From assembly GCA_040954595.2 (NCBI GenBank), contig CM082594.2, positions 4,449,319 through 4,513,318 on the forward strand: a stretch of DNA of 64,000 nucleotides, given 5' to 3'. A program made the translations under genes and the position numbers. The notes under the pieces were generated by a model, which saw nothing but the letters and a program-made list of their open reading frames with translations, made no database searches and was not told where the DNA came from. Shown piece after piece: positions 40,301 to 58,521 of this stretch; position 1 is the stretch's first letter; each line of letters opens with the position of its first letter. The DNA comes from Balanoglossus misakiensis (taxonomy: Eukaryota; Animalia; Hemichordata).

Positions 40301-43300
40301 TGACCGATGAAGAGAAGGTGGCCAGTCAGCAAATATAGACCACGTGCACGGAGTGGGCGGAACAGACGACCGCGTCGTGTTCTTAAAAGTACGGCCTCAA
40401 GTTGGTCTATCGTTCGTGTTTCAAGAGTTTCGGACGATTAGTGGATGACGTAGATTGAAGGAGGGGTTAGTGGTCGCGTGAGACTGGTTCCAAGAAGTTG
40501 ATACCGTACCGGTCTGTGCAGTCACCGTCGCCATTGTTGGGGAGTATAACTTTTCCATTTCGAGGTATATCGTTACACAAATTCCAAAAAGATGTGGCAG
40601 TATTTATGAGTACATCTAACAGTTTTATTTGATTCATTATATGTTTTCCATGAAAAGTTATTTTGGGAGCCACTGGTCCGATTTCTCATTGCATGCCGAT
40701 GTTGCCGAAACCGAACTTCGTGAGTAGCAGACGACAATTTGTGGTCACCTTCACTGACGAGATATGTCAGATTTGAATTGGTCAAATCAATATCTTGTGT
40801 GGTCGGATGATAAGGACGCTCAGGCTTTCGACTGACCCGGATGCTGACTGAGATTGTCCCGGCGAAAACCATTTCCCGCCCGGTTTAAATTCGTTATATC
40901 GGGAAACAATGATGATACGGAAACGATTTGATGTGTTTTCGTTGAAAGTGTATCCACCGTCATGCGACTGTGGTGTATCCAGGAAACGAGAGAGGCTGTC
41001 TACAGCTTTTAAAAATAGAAAGTCAACCGATTCCAATACACTCCGGCGAATGGGGCCAATTTGTCAAACTTGCATCGTGTCACTTCAAGAGTCTTTAGTT
41101 GAGTACAGGGCGATGGCATTAGCTTATCGTTGGGCTCACCACACCTTAGCAAAATGCAACGTTGGAGTTACTCAGGCATTATTTAAGGTGAACGAGCCTG
41201 TTGAATTTCCACGCCCGTCAACCAGTGTTTATCGGAAACCCGGAGGCATTTAACATCAACACGTCCGGTACGGCCTTGGCTCTAGTCATCATAAGGACTA
41301 AAGTTACAACTTTTTTTCTGGTCATGACTTATTTTCCAAAAACGGGACTACGTACGCGGCTTTGATTCTGTGTCGTTGTTTGTTATTTCTTTCCACTGCA
41401 GTTGACGTAACATTTACCTAAGCTACTCATATTTTAGCATGGCGAACCAATAAAAATGTCGACGCGGTTTTTTTTAATTGATACGGGTGATGACCATAAA
41501 TAGCTCAATATTTGGTCTGTATGACATTATGTTCAGAGCGCGAGCAACAATATTGCCTCCATGCTGTCACTGACGCTGAGGTCGGTTGCAGAGATGGGTT
41601 ACACTTGACGAGGAACGACTCGCATGAAATGCCAGGTTCTGATATTCACTGCTATAAATTATGTTCTCTAAGCCACGTCGGCAACATATTTTGACTGTCG
41701 TCTGCGACATACATTTATCGTGGCCATCTTTGATTGTTTGATTGAAACGTTTATAGAAATTCCCCATTATCACAAATAATGGCCATAATGAACACAAATA
41801 AGGAAAGTCACAGGGCGTGTGCTTGTGTGTAAAGCTGTGACGTACCACAGAATTTTTCCATTCGCGACATGAAATTTGTTCTAAAAATACCGACATCACG
41901 AATGCAGGCCACCTGCGCCATATTGCATTAATGGCTTCCTGGATTTCTGTTGTTTACTGCGGTGTTCTGGCGAACCTATTAAATCCCAACACGATGATAC
42001 AGTACAGGTATTCCGGTCAGAAATCGAGCGTGTGGATGTAACTCTTTTAGTCCCCAAAACAGAATGTAGTCTTTAAAAAAATAGTGAATACAGTTTGTGG
42101 AATAAAAACGTTTAAAAGTACAGTTTTGTATATAGTGTCGCCCGCAATCCCTCAAATTCACGGACCACTGACCATCATCACATCTCAACTTATGAATACT
42201 CTGCTGTCGTCCTCATAACCATCAAACGGCTTTCAAAAATATCATTTAACGGATTCTTTGCTCGAATTGAAAATAGTATGTGTACAAAACATGGATTTAC
42301 TACCACGGTCATGACCATACACTACAGCCATGCGTGTGCGTGGGTCTAGCCAAGCCTGCGGTCAAATCTCGACCCTTCTTCGTCCTCTCTGCACAATAGA
42401 ACAGCAATAGAGTACATGTGTATGTCGGATCTGAGTGTTACCTCATTGCTTACCTTCACACGTCTGTTATCTCCAAACACAGTACAGTACCAATGTGGTT
42501 AAAATTATCAACAGAAACAGGGTCAACAACTCCGCGAGTGTAAGAACGATATTTCGCCGCTCCGATAGCTTTATGGGTTTGTGACAATCAAAGTGGGTGA
42601 CGGATCGACGATGGTGGTGGTGGCGTGTGAAATTCGTCAGAATGACTTGCGTGCGTGCGTTAACGTCGCCCGCACAGGTAATTTGCATGGACTCGTCGTT
42701 ATTTTTTTTTTGGCAGTTTGCCATTATATAACAGGATATTAAGTGGTTCTTATTCAGAAACGGGCGAAAGTCGTTTTCACTTCCCGTTCGGTGCGATAAA
42801 CATCACAGGGCGTGCCGCTTGCTTTCTCGGACCGGGGGTCTATGTTTCCGAGGAGACTCCTCTGTACGCCGTTGTGTAGCATTGTTCGCCTTTCAGTAAG
42901 TTTCGTGTGGGGGTGTTCTTCCTTTGATTTCATTTGTCAGATGTCGGGGGAAAGATGGCTACTGCTAAATCCTGGTATATATGGCATTGCATGATTGCAG
43001 TAATAGAATTAAAGCAATCAATCAAACAACGACGTGTAATGTAGTTTACAGCGCCGACGCACTCGAGTGCCTTGGCAAGCAACAGAAGAACTGTACATTG
43101 GAATTTGGTCATAAATTGCCCTTTACCTTTCCTCAAGAGTCAAACATTAAAACGCAATGAAATTTCTGAGACGAAAACTCCACCACAGTTATTTGTCTCA
43201 TTCTAGACAGAGATATCGACGTTGCCGAGATTTCGGACATTCCAATGGAATCCCATTTTCTCAATTGGCTAAATCAATCGATCACAGTCGCGCAGCACAC

Positions 43301-45708
43301 CCCACCCCACCCTTTCGAATGGCCGGGAGCATGACCCACACCCACCCCCAGCGATATCAAAAAGGTGAAAAATCGTTTCAAAGAATTACTGGTTGCCATC
43401 CATATCCCTTCATGACTTACCTGTAATTATTTGCGAATGTTTTTTCGTCAACTAGATAACACCAGATTCCGCGAGGATGTGATGTTTACGAGTCATATAA
43501 CGCGGCCGTAGTACATAAATGGCCAAGAGTGGATTTACTGCGACGGCTAAAACAAATACGCAGATCCTTATCCGGGTTCACTGAATGACCTCAAGACGGT
43601 GTTCGTTCTGTGTCCTTTTAGAATTTGACACTTTGGGCCATGGCCGTTCTTATTAGTTCACCGTGACTGTTAAGTGCACTGGTATATTGATGACTACTCA
43701 CACAGTGACTACAAACTAAACTCTACCGTTTTCACTTCGTGTCTAAACTAGGATTTAAGCATAGACAGATTTGAGTTATTTTTGTTTTGTCATTGGGAGA
43801 ACTTATTCAGGGGGTGGTCAGTTTCACCACCCATTGGGGAAGTGAAAGTTATAGACTAAATCAGCGTCAAAAAATACATTTATCTTGGCATCTTCTCACA
43901 CAGAAGAGAGCAGCCGCCACGTCCTAACTATATATCGACCACGAGGACAAATTTGGCCTCAAATATATGAGAGAAGGCTGTCGGATATGACCATTCAAGT
44001 GAATGATTTATACGGCACTACTGCGCAGACTCGGCGACTCTGAGGAGAGCCCAACAAGTACCAGTAAATGTGCGCTCACCAAATTCATATACTGTAGTTT
44101 TGAGTGAAAGAGATACTAGTATACGAGCTGTTGCAAACGATTTGTATTTCATTCACAAACTCTGCGAACCAAGCCCCGGTCTCCCCCCCCCCCCCAACGC
44201 CGCTGCAAAATCTTATGCACGAGGGGGACAGCCCTTTCACCGTGACTCACGCCTCTTTTAATAGTTACCTCAATGGCATCTGCATATATCATAAAACACA
44301 AGCACGCCAAAACAAAAAAACTGTATCTATTGTCAACCAGTTTATTGCCCACTGACTCCTTACTACTCATATGTCGGTCAGAGTTCAGAGTACATGCCAT
44401 CGCCGTTTATCAGCTGCCATATATTTTAAGACATATTACAGTTCACCTGTCCATAAGCTATGTGAAGGTTTGACAGAGTCTGACACATGAAGGTGGTCGG
44501 TCCTGAACACGGCCTTTCCTGTTGAGAACCAAAAGGCCTTTAATTAACATATGTGTGCCTCGCATACATAGATTTCAGAGATCAAAAGGCGTATAGCCTC
44601 TTAATCTTAGAGGGTGTCTGCATTTTTCATATCATCTTTGACTTGTGACCCTTTTCAGTTGAATATGACTAAAGGGGTTGCGTGATGAGTGATGGTATTA
44701 TTTTATTATTTCTCCTTACCATGATTTAGGTAATTATTTATTGATACGTGACATTCCAGATAACTCAGGTGGCAGCATAGTTTACATAATGGCGTTTACC
44801 GTGTCGTGGTGAGTTTACATGGAAACTCCCCATCATTTTATGTCACTGTATCAGAGTGCTTTCCATAAATTGTGTCTCGTGTATTACCTGGTGATTTATC
44901 ACAGTGTTAGTGTTGCGTGTCCGGCGGTGATTCGCCAACCAACTTGCCACTAGGACGCCTGCTGCAGAAAATTTGTGTTGGGACACGTGTTTTGGATAGG
45001 CTGTCGAGTGCAGTTCCCGCTTTCGGTGACGTCATGGTTTCCACCGATAATCGAAGTGGCACTTCTTTGATTATACCATAGACCCATTGAAGGTCTATGC
45101 TTATACTCAGGCAGAGCAAGGCGCAGTTGTTACGAAATGGTGTTAAAGTAATGTCGTGAGACAGACACCGCCTGAAGCATCGACTCGAGAATACTTGACT
45201 GATACCCAACCCTCTTCAGTGCATTGGTTTAGATAACCTCTCTGGCAGACAGTTTCGATCGATACCCATTTTTCCCCGTGCGACCTAGCCTCAGGCTGCG
45301 AAAAGTTTGAGGAATCTCATGTGTTCAATAGCAACAAATTGACACCAAACTTCAAACAATCTCCGAATTTAGGAATTTTTATTGGACGGGTAAACGCGCT
45401 TATGATGGGTTGACTGCAAAAGTTCTCCAGGTTTCTGAAGGTAGATCTCTTCGGAGGCGAAAAACGCTGGAAAGTTTCACTGTGAATGCAGTGGCTGTGG
45501 TTTGGGTAATACCCCCGGGAGGCGAAATCGATCCAAGTGACGTAGTTGTGAATCGTTGGACCATCTCCTCCACCAAACAAGAACAGGGGAAACTGCGGTT
45601 AAAATATACGGCAATCACTTCCATCACGAACGGCGAATGTTTCGACGGAAGTATTTTTTATCAACTTGACGACTTTGTGGATATACTGACATCAGTGACG
45701 GGTCCAAT

Positions 45709-51017
<5,309 letters not shown>

Positions 51018-51722
51018 ACGTGAACCCAGCAGACGACATCGCGCTCAGAACTAGTATTCCATCGACTGCTCGAGAGACACAGTCATCAGGATCGAACACT
51101 GGTTTCTTCCAGCGGAAAATCGTGTCACTGAATGGTTAACAGCCACTTGATAATGGGAGCACAGTCTATACCACCACCGAAACTGAAGCACTATACTGTA
51201 AAACCTCTTCCTGAGCCAGATATTTTATTTTTCCGCCCATTTATTGGTAATGGTCACAATCAAGCAAAACAAATACATAAAGACATCATTGTACATTTTG
51301 ATGAATAGTTTTAATACTGAGAAAGACTCAAAAGTTATATACATGTACATATTCACACAAGTATCTTTATATATAAAACACGTTAAATTTGCTCATTTAC
51401 AAGCTTAGCTTGAGGTGAAATGTGACAAATCTGCAGAGGTGTGCACGATAATCATAATAAGCCCATCAAACGGTCTTAAAATGTCACGAGTGTTAAATAT
51501 ATAATTATTGATTTTGAAGATATTTGTAAATACAAAATGCCCAGGTTGACTTTTAAAAATGTTACCCTGCAAAAAGGTAATGTGCGTGATGTGATGATAT
51601 GAAATTAATATTGTACAAATAGGCAATTACAAATTGCATAGTATATTTATGATATAACCCTGACAAGTCCAGTAAATTTTATCTTTGCTGTTATTTGTAA
51701 TATTTCACTCTTTGACCGGGGT

Positions 51723-52649
51723 TTATAATATATTACAACCCCAGCAGCATTGATGAGGGTAGTCGGGTGCATAGACCGTCTTCTCATTACCATAAACCCA
51801 AAATCTGGTGGATACGTCCTTCCAGGTGTAGTGGGCCTCGCTGACGGGAACGGCGCGCAAGCGTTGCCTCTGAAAGAATCGCCAAAAAAGAAGAAAACAT
51901 TTTAGGTATAAGGTCGGTCACCTGTGAATGTAGCCGGCCAGTCACTGACTTTCACTGAAAAGTGCGCCACCACGCGGTCACAGAGACACATCAATTCACT
52001 ATCCATCCATGGCATGAATGTGCTTTATGTAAATTAGATGTGATAGAGTGATGCCTGAACTAAAATACGCTGTTTTGATCATAGCTTTAGTTCAATGGCT
52101 TTGCTGTATTATAATATTGTAAGATTATATGAGTTTAGGCGCCTATCGAGGGTAATACATTACAAGTTATCAAATAACTGAATACCCCCTCCCCGTAGAA
52201 ATGGCGGCACAGTCGACAGGAATACGTTTGTTTTTACCTGTTGTAATTTGCGTCTCTCTTGCCAGGAACTTCTGTGGAAGTTGACAATCCGAATTGAATT
52301 CTCGTTTATTTCTCCAATTGGGTAGTTAGAGATGGGCCATACCTGAAAGAAAAAGTCAATGTGAGGTTATTTTCTAATTATGCATGGGTTCAAAAAAGTT
52401 TTGTAATTACAAATATTTTTTTTAAATCAATTGTCAGATTTTATATCATTCACATACTTACATAGGGTAAGGTCTGCTCGAAAAGAATGACTCCCCCAAC
52501 ATTTCTGATAAGCTCGTCGGGTAGGTCTGACTTTTCCAGGATGTAGTCGGACAGATTGTTTTTACTGTGAAAATGAAAAAAAATGCGTTAGTGCATGGAT
52601 TCCGTCAACATAAGCGTTTTCCGTCTGTCTTTCTGTCTGTCTGTCTGTC

Positions 52650-52733
<84 letters not shown>

Positions 52734-55700
52734 CCCCCCCTCTGTCACGCTCACTAACTCACCCTCTCACTCGTAAATTCGTAAAATAGATTGTTCGCAC
52801 GACGCATTCTGAAAATAACAACTACTCTCGCGAGACTTACAATTGCACCTTCAGCCTGATGAACCAACGTAACTGACAGTATCCCTTGCATGTTGGGCAC
52901 GTGACCCGTCCATCTCCGCCACACCGCATGCATCTACAAAAACCGAGAGGAAAAGTTCATTTCAATATTCATTTTACGTGCGCAGATTGAATCTAACATC
53001 AAAAGTGATGCCAGGCGTTGCAATACCCGTGCTATGCACATGCGTACACTTTTAAATGGTTATTATACGTGACGTGTGAATTTCTTAGACTTTTGGATTT
53101 ATGCAGAAATTTTGCATTCAGTCGTGTTCGGACGTTCCAGTCGACGAACAGTCAGCGTTAAATAATTATCTACGTATTAATATTATTTCATGCGCCTGCG
53201 CATACGGTCTTGTACAAAAGTCCCTGTAAATGTCTCGGGGGAATACTACGGGAATCGTACCTTTTCCTTCCCCTCCCGCCGCACGAATGACATGTTACGC
53301 GCGTGGTCCTGTAGTGGCCGTTGCTGTCTCTTACTCGTTTGTTTCTCCTGCCAGAGCCACGGCACCCGGAGCATCGCACCTGAAAATAGGTAAACACGAA
53401 AAGATTGCACTCACGCTACTCCCAATAGCCGTGGGGGATATAATTCGAGAAGGTTGTGGCAACGTGTGACTTCCAATACTCCAGTGCTCGCTTTGTCGGA
53501 TAAACTACTACATACAGTCTTGGATTGTGAATATCAGGTCAGATATAGGCTTTATCGTGTAGGTTCACGCTTATAGTAGCGAATAACAGTATTCAGTATT
53601 TCGAAATGTTTCTAAATCTTACCCGTCCTCGGCCATAGCAACGACCGCAACGAATAAAACCACGTGAATGGCAACGATGACATCCCTGCAAAAAACGGGG
53701 AAAAATATGCCGTCAGTTATATATTGATTGATACCGTATAAAATGTAATGATCGTTTATAGGTAGTTTAGTACGAAGCTATTCGCACATTTTACATAATA
53801 ATAAGTCGCATGTCCCAGGTCTGACATAATGTAATCTATTTTGAACAACTACCAGTAAAAGTTCGAGAAAAAAAAACTTGTCCGACAATTTTTGCCGGGA
53901 AACTTGTACAGACAAGAAGAACGATAGAGAGTGGTTTTATAAACGTCTTGGTTACTCACGTGTACGCTGGATGTGTGTGGCACCTCTGTGTATTTTATGT
54001 GGTCCGAAAACAGCGCGTTGGGCTGGACGTCGATTTGCCACGGTCCCGGTGCTATGCCGTTCATGGGTCCGTCTACCGGTCCGCCATAGTGAGGTTCGAA
54101 GACCCGGCTTGTCGTGCGCGCTTCCGTGCAAGTTTCTAATTCGTACTAAAGCAACAATGAGCAGGGTTATTACATAGATCCACCAATCAGAACGCAGGAC
54201 ACATTGGCCAAAGTCCGTCACTTAGTGCTGCTATTGCTAACGGACAGGATCCGGATCCGAATCTGAATAGTTACTTACATGCAAGGCGCTGCTAGGGAGG
54301 ATATTTGTGATGCTCATTTGTTTGGCTGGCCGAGAGCCATAGCAACAGTGTTCGGCTACAAACTGCATCATGGCCTCTCTCGCCTCTTCTTCGGATATCT
54401 TGCCCGCCCTACAAGAAATGAAATATTGCAATATGTGAGGGGGGTGTGCAATCACACATTATTATCAAAGAAAACTGATTTCATCTCCAATTGTCACTTC
54501 ATTGAGGAGTTTCTTTATTTACGGATGTCCAACTCAAAATACCTATTGTCGTATTGGTGTCATGATGACATTTTGCTTCTTTGCTACAAGCTGGAGAATT
54601 CTCGTCTCTGACGTGGCTTTCAAATTGGTTGTAAACAGAAAAGAAAAGTAGCTTCGTGTGTGAATAATAGAAAGACACTTTCCAACCAGCCCGTAGCAAA
54701 CATCAAATTGATATCATTGTGGCAGCGATTTGGCATTGTTTTGCAACGGTTTTAGGCCCACGGGAAATTGTGCTGCTCTTGGTCATGTCTTGAATATTAA
54801 ACTGTGAAGGAAATCAGTCTTAGGGCATCTCTGTGCAAAAGCCTCCGAGCAGACACTGTGCAAGGTATAAAAGCCCGCTCCCTGTTGACATAGACAGACG
54901 GGACTCAAACAACGAATAGGTACTGATACATGTAGGTAGAAAGTGCGCAAGGAATGTCCGATACAAGAAGCTGTTTCTGCTGGTGTTAAAATGACTTGCA
55001 TAAAAAGAGTACAATATCAACAGTACTTACTGTCCGTAATTCTCTTGGGGTTTCTCTTCCTCCGGAGGAGGTTGGTAGACCGGGGGAGGTATGGCCGCCC
55101 CGTCGTCCAGCCCCACCGCCTCGTATCCCTGGACGCTCTCCATTTTGCTGACGTCGGCAGAGGGCTGTTCGTCCGGCTTTTCCTCGGCGTCACTGTCCGG
55201 GTCTGTGTCGGGGGTGTTGTCCCACTGATAGGTTGGACCGCCTTCGCCAACATTCTGGTTCGGAGTCCAAGCTGCGAAAAGACGAATTTTGAATGTAGTC
55301 TTCTTTAACGTGTTTAATAATGAGAGACATAAACTCTCCTCAGAAAGAATACTTATAACCAGAACTTTTTAAAGGGATACTCCGATGTCCCTGTCTGGCA
55401 AATTTGCAATCTTTTTGACTTTATTCTTATGTTTTATAAGCACTGTGGTCAACGATTCCGATTTGTTTAGTTTTTTCCTGCTTCAACGTTTGTCTCAGAA
55501 TTTACTGATCAGAAATATTTGGTCACTGTGACGGTATTTCATCCCAGTATGATCTGTGATAGTTACTCTTCGACGTAGGAACTGACTATTTACGCTTGCG
55601 GGTCATAGGCCTAATGTGAATTATTGCAAAGTCTGGGACCACTTACCTGGTCCGTTCTGTTGCTGCGGTGCTCCTGGATGAGGCGGCGGTTGTTGGGGGA

Positions 55701-57276
55701 GAGACTGTTGTTGGGGTGGAGGGGCATAGCCTCCCTGGGGTTGTTGGGGTGGAGGGTAGCCGCCTTGCTGTTGGGGTGGAGGGTAGCCGCCCTGCTGTTG
55801 GGGTGGAGGGTAGCCGCCTTGCTGTTGGGGAGGGGGATAGCCGCCCTGCTGTTGCGGTGGAGGGTAGCCGCCTTGCTGTTGGGGAGGAGGGTAGCCGCCC
55901 GGCTGTTGGGGTGGCGGGTAGCCGCCTTGCTGTTGGGGAGGAGGGTAGCCGCCCGGCTGTTGGGGTGGCGGGTAGCCGCCTTGCTGTTGGGGAGGGGGAT
56001 AGCCCTGCCCGCTTGGCGGATAACCTGCAATGAAAGACCCGAGTGTCGGATTTGATTGGACATTTGTTCAATGACAATGTTCGGTAGTGTCAGTGACGTC
56101 ATAGCAGCACTGTACGGCGATGACGTTAAACGCGACTTTTGTCGTTTTTTTATCGATAGTGACAAGAATCTCACACAGTGAAATATAGGTACACGTGATA
56201 TTTACGTCGATTCTGGTGCTGAACGGTCGTGAATACGGACGCCTTGCGAATACGCGACTATACGCGCTCATGTGAGACAATGTAATATCCACACTGATCA
56301 ATCGATTAAAAGGTTGCGCTCATCAAAAGATGATATTGATATAATTATGATAATTAGGGGAACACGACACGTCAAAATTGAATTTTTATTTTCCCACCAG
56401 TAGGAGAAAAAACACCAAAACAAACAAGTAGAGAATGAGATGTTGTTAAAAATTACAACTGAGTTTCTAAAAGACAACAGTCATTGATCAGCTCGGTATA
56501 CAGAAACATTGCGGGACGGTTAATGAATTACTTTTTTTAGGTTTATGAATCATTAAAAGCATTTACTGTAATTTGACATCTCGGCCGGGAATTGTCACAG
56601 TGAAAGGGCCATGGTTGGATGCCGCAAGTTGAAATTGCAATTCTCGTTGAGAGCGAGAGAGTGACAAGTGACACAAGATGCGATCGATTAAGACTGTCAT
56701 AGCTGAGGAAATTTATAGTGCTATGGCATCATTTGATGCCATCCGTCACGCTCTACATGCAACGGTCACTATGACAACATAACTTGTTGTAGTGGCATAA
56801 TTATATCGATAATGACTGCCAAAACTGCGCAATACGCTGACCAAACCGTACTCTGTATCCAACGACCTCATTTGATCATATTAGTAATTAATGATATTAA
56901 TCGCATTTGCATTCAAATAATAGGAGTAAACCCAGGGTCGAAAATAATCGCATAGTCCGGACATTTTCACTAAAAAAACAGTTCCATGGCAACCAGAAGA
57001 CTTTCTTACGTTTGTATTACTTAGCCCTGCGTGTATACGTTGTCGGGAGTAATATTGACCCCTCGTTCATTCACACAGTTAACGTTGACATGGGACCTAT
57101 TGTCCGGGGCTTCAAATAGTGAAGGTCGTATGATTAAGTGAACGCTGAAACCTGCGGACACACACCCGTTGGCTTTATTCCATAATGCCAGCAGAGAGTT
57201 CGATATGTTCTGTGTCAAAGGGCGCTTAGAAGGGTGGGGACTGTCGCTTACCTTGCTGTGGAGGCGGGTAGCTCAT
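51723..57276 (-). CDS. SSUH2: SSUH2 homolog C, 11 coding exons, about 529 aa, with N-terminal YPPPQQQGG repeats
   Basis: Exons: 57276-57252 (MSYPPPQQ-G), 56024-55647, 55271-55031, 54408-54279, 54145-53960, 53685-53623, 53379-53261, 52933-52841, 52564-52462, 52342-52238, 51869-51723. Motifs [34 protein letters not shown], CxxCxGxG repeats, FWVYGNEK; end [10 protein letters not shown]. Confidence 0.92.
52623..52730. repeat. (CTGT)n-(CT)n microsatellite in an SSUH2-C intron
   Basis: Direct reading of the sequence. Confidence 0.95.
55710..56005 (-). repeat. Coding 27-bp minisatellite encoding (YPPPQQ[QP]GG) x ~10
   Basis: Tandem units of ggctacccyccyccccaacagcarggc within SSUH2-C exon 2. Confidence 0.9.
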
Positions 57277-57967
57277 ATCGCTTCTGCTTTCCCTCTCGCC
57301 TACAGTATAATATAACACTGCGTCACGTGTTCAAGGTGATCTCGAAATGCATGGCTGCCCGGCCGGCGCGTCACAATAGTAACCACGATACGCGGGTCTT
57401 TTGTTATGGTTACCGAGTCAAAATATTTGACCGGTGGGAGGTCGGCGTGACATTCGTGCAATTGTTCGAATTACCTGGGCAGTGCGTGTTACGTAAAACC
57501 ACAGTATCTGTATGTGGTAAAACACACAACACTCTCTCTCTCTCGTTGTATCTTCAATCCCGATTGTGGCAGACTCGCTACATGTAAAGTGGGTATCCAT
57601 GCACGTTACCAAAATAAGCTTGACTGAAAAGTTAAACTTCGTTGCTCGCCCAAGACAACAATTGAAGGGGCCATGTATACCACAAAAACTCTCTCTCTCT
57701 CTTTCCTCTCCCTCTCCCTCTCCCCTTCCTATTCCCCCCTCTCTCCTTGTCCCCCCTCTCTCTTTCCCCTCCCTCCCCATTTTCAAATATACTCTCTGAA
57801 ATACTTGTGACCCAAAATCTTCCCATTTCTCGAAGAGATCGAGAATCAACAGCCGTTATCATTTTCCATACAAAAGAAAGATTCGGAAAGAACTAAAATT
57901 ACAACTTTTAATAACGACGTACAGATTCAACGGGCACAATAAAATTTCACGCGGCGGAACGAATGTA

Positions 57968-58129
57968 CAGTCAAACCTGTCTATAGTGGCCAGTCAAGGG
58001 ACTTTACTAAACTGGCCTTTATAGACAGGTGGTCTTTATAGACAGGTTAATTTATACACGTGTAAATTGTACAGGGACTGTAACTAAGTGGCCACTATAT
58101 AGAGGTGGTCACTAACACAGGTTTGACTG
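57968..58129. mobile_element. Tc1/mariner (pogo/Tigger-like) MITE
   Basis: TIR CAGTCAAACCTGT / ACAGGTTTGACTG flanked by a TA duplication; internal repeats of tttatagacaggt. Confidence 0.85.
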
Positions 58130-58521
58130 TACTTAGTCTATCTGAAGATCGGGCCTCTGTCGGAGAGAGTGCTAATTGCGTACAATACTATACAAGGAAT
58201 TCGTTCCAGTGAACCGCGTTTTGCACTGAAAGAGATGCTATTTCTGTGATAAATATTTGGCACGCTCCTTACAAAGACGATATCTGTGAGTAAGGTGTCC
58301 CTCTAGCTTTTCAAGACAGCCACCTGTTGAATACTGAATTGTATTCTAATCCACCAAGAAACATCCGACACTTCCCAGTGAGTGTGTGGCAACGACTGTC
58401 TTAGCTAGCTGACGGCTTCTTTTGATTTTCGTGATAATTCTGATAAACTAAAGGACAAGTGATTTCACAGCACGTTCGGAAAGACTCGCGATTTAGAGTC
58501 AAATTCTTCGATGATCGCAGT

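Noticed and set aside
40200-41250. Coding-like stretch with several overlapping ORFs upstream of prominin B
   Set aside because: No identifiable domain and no consistent splice model.
55611-56174. Regular 27-bp repeats (superficially CRISPR-like) and the [12 protein letters not shown]
   Set aside because: No spacers and no cas genes, in a eukaryotic context. The real frame is YPPPQQQGG of SSUH2-C exon 2.
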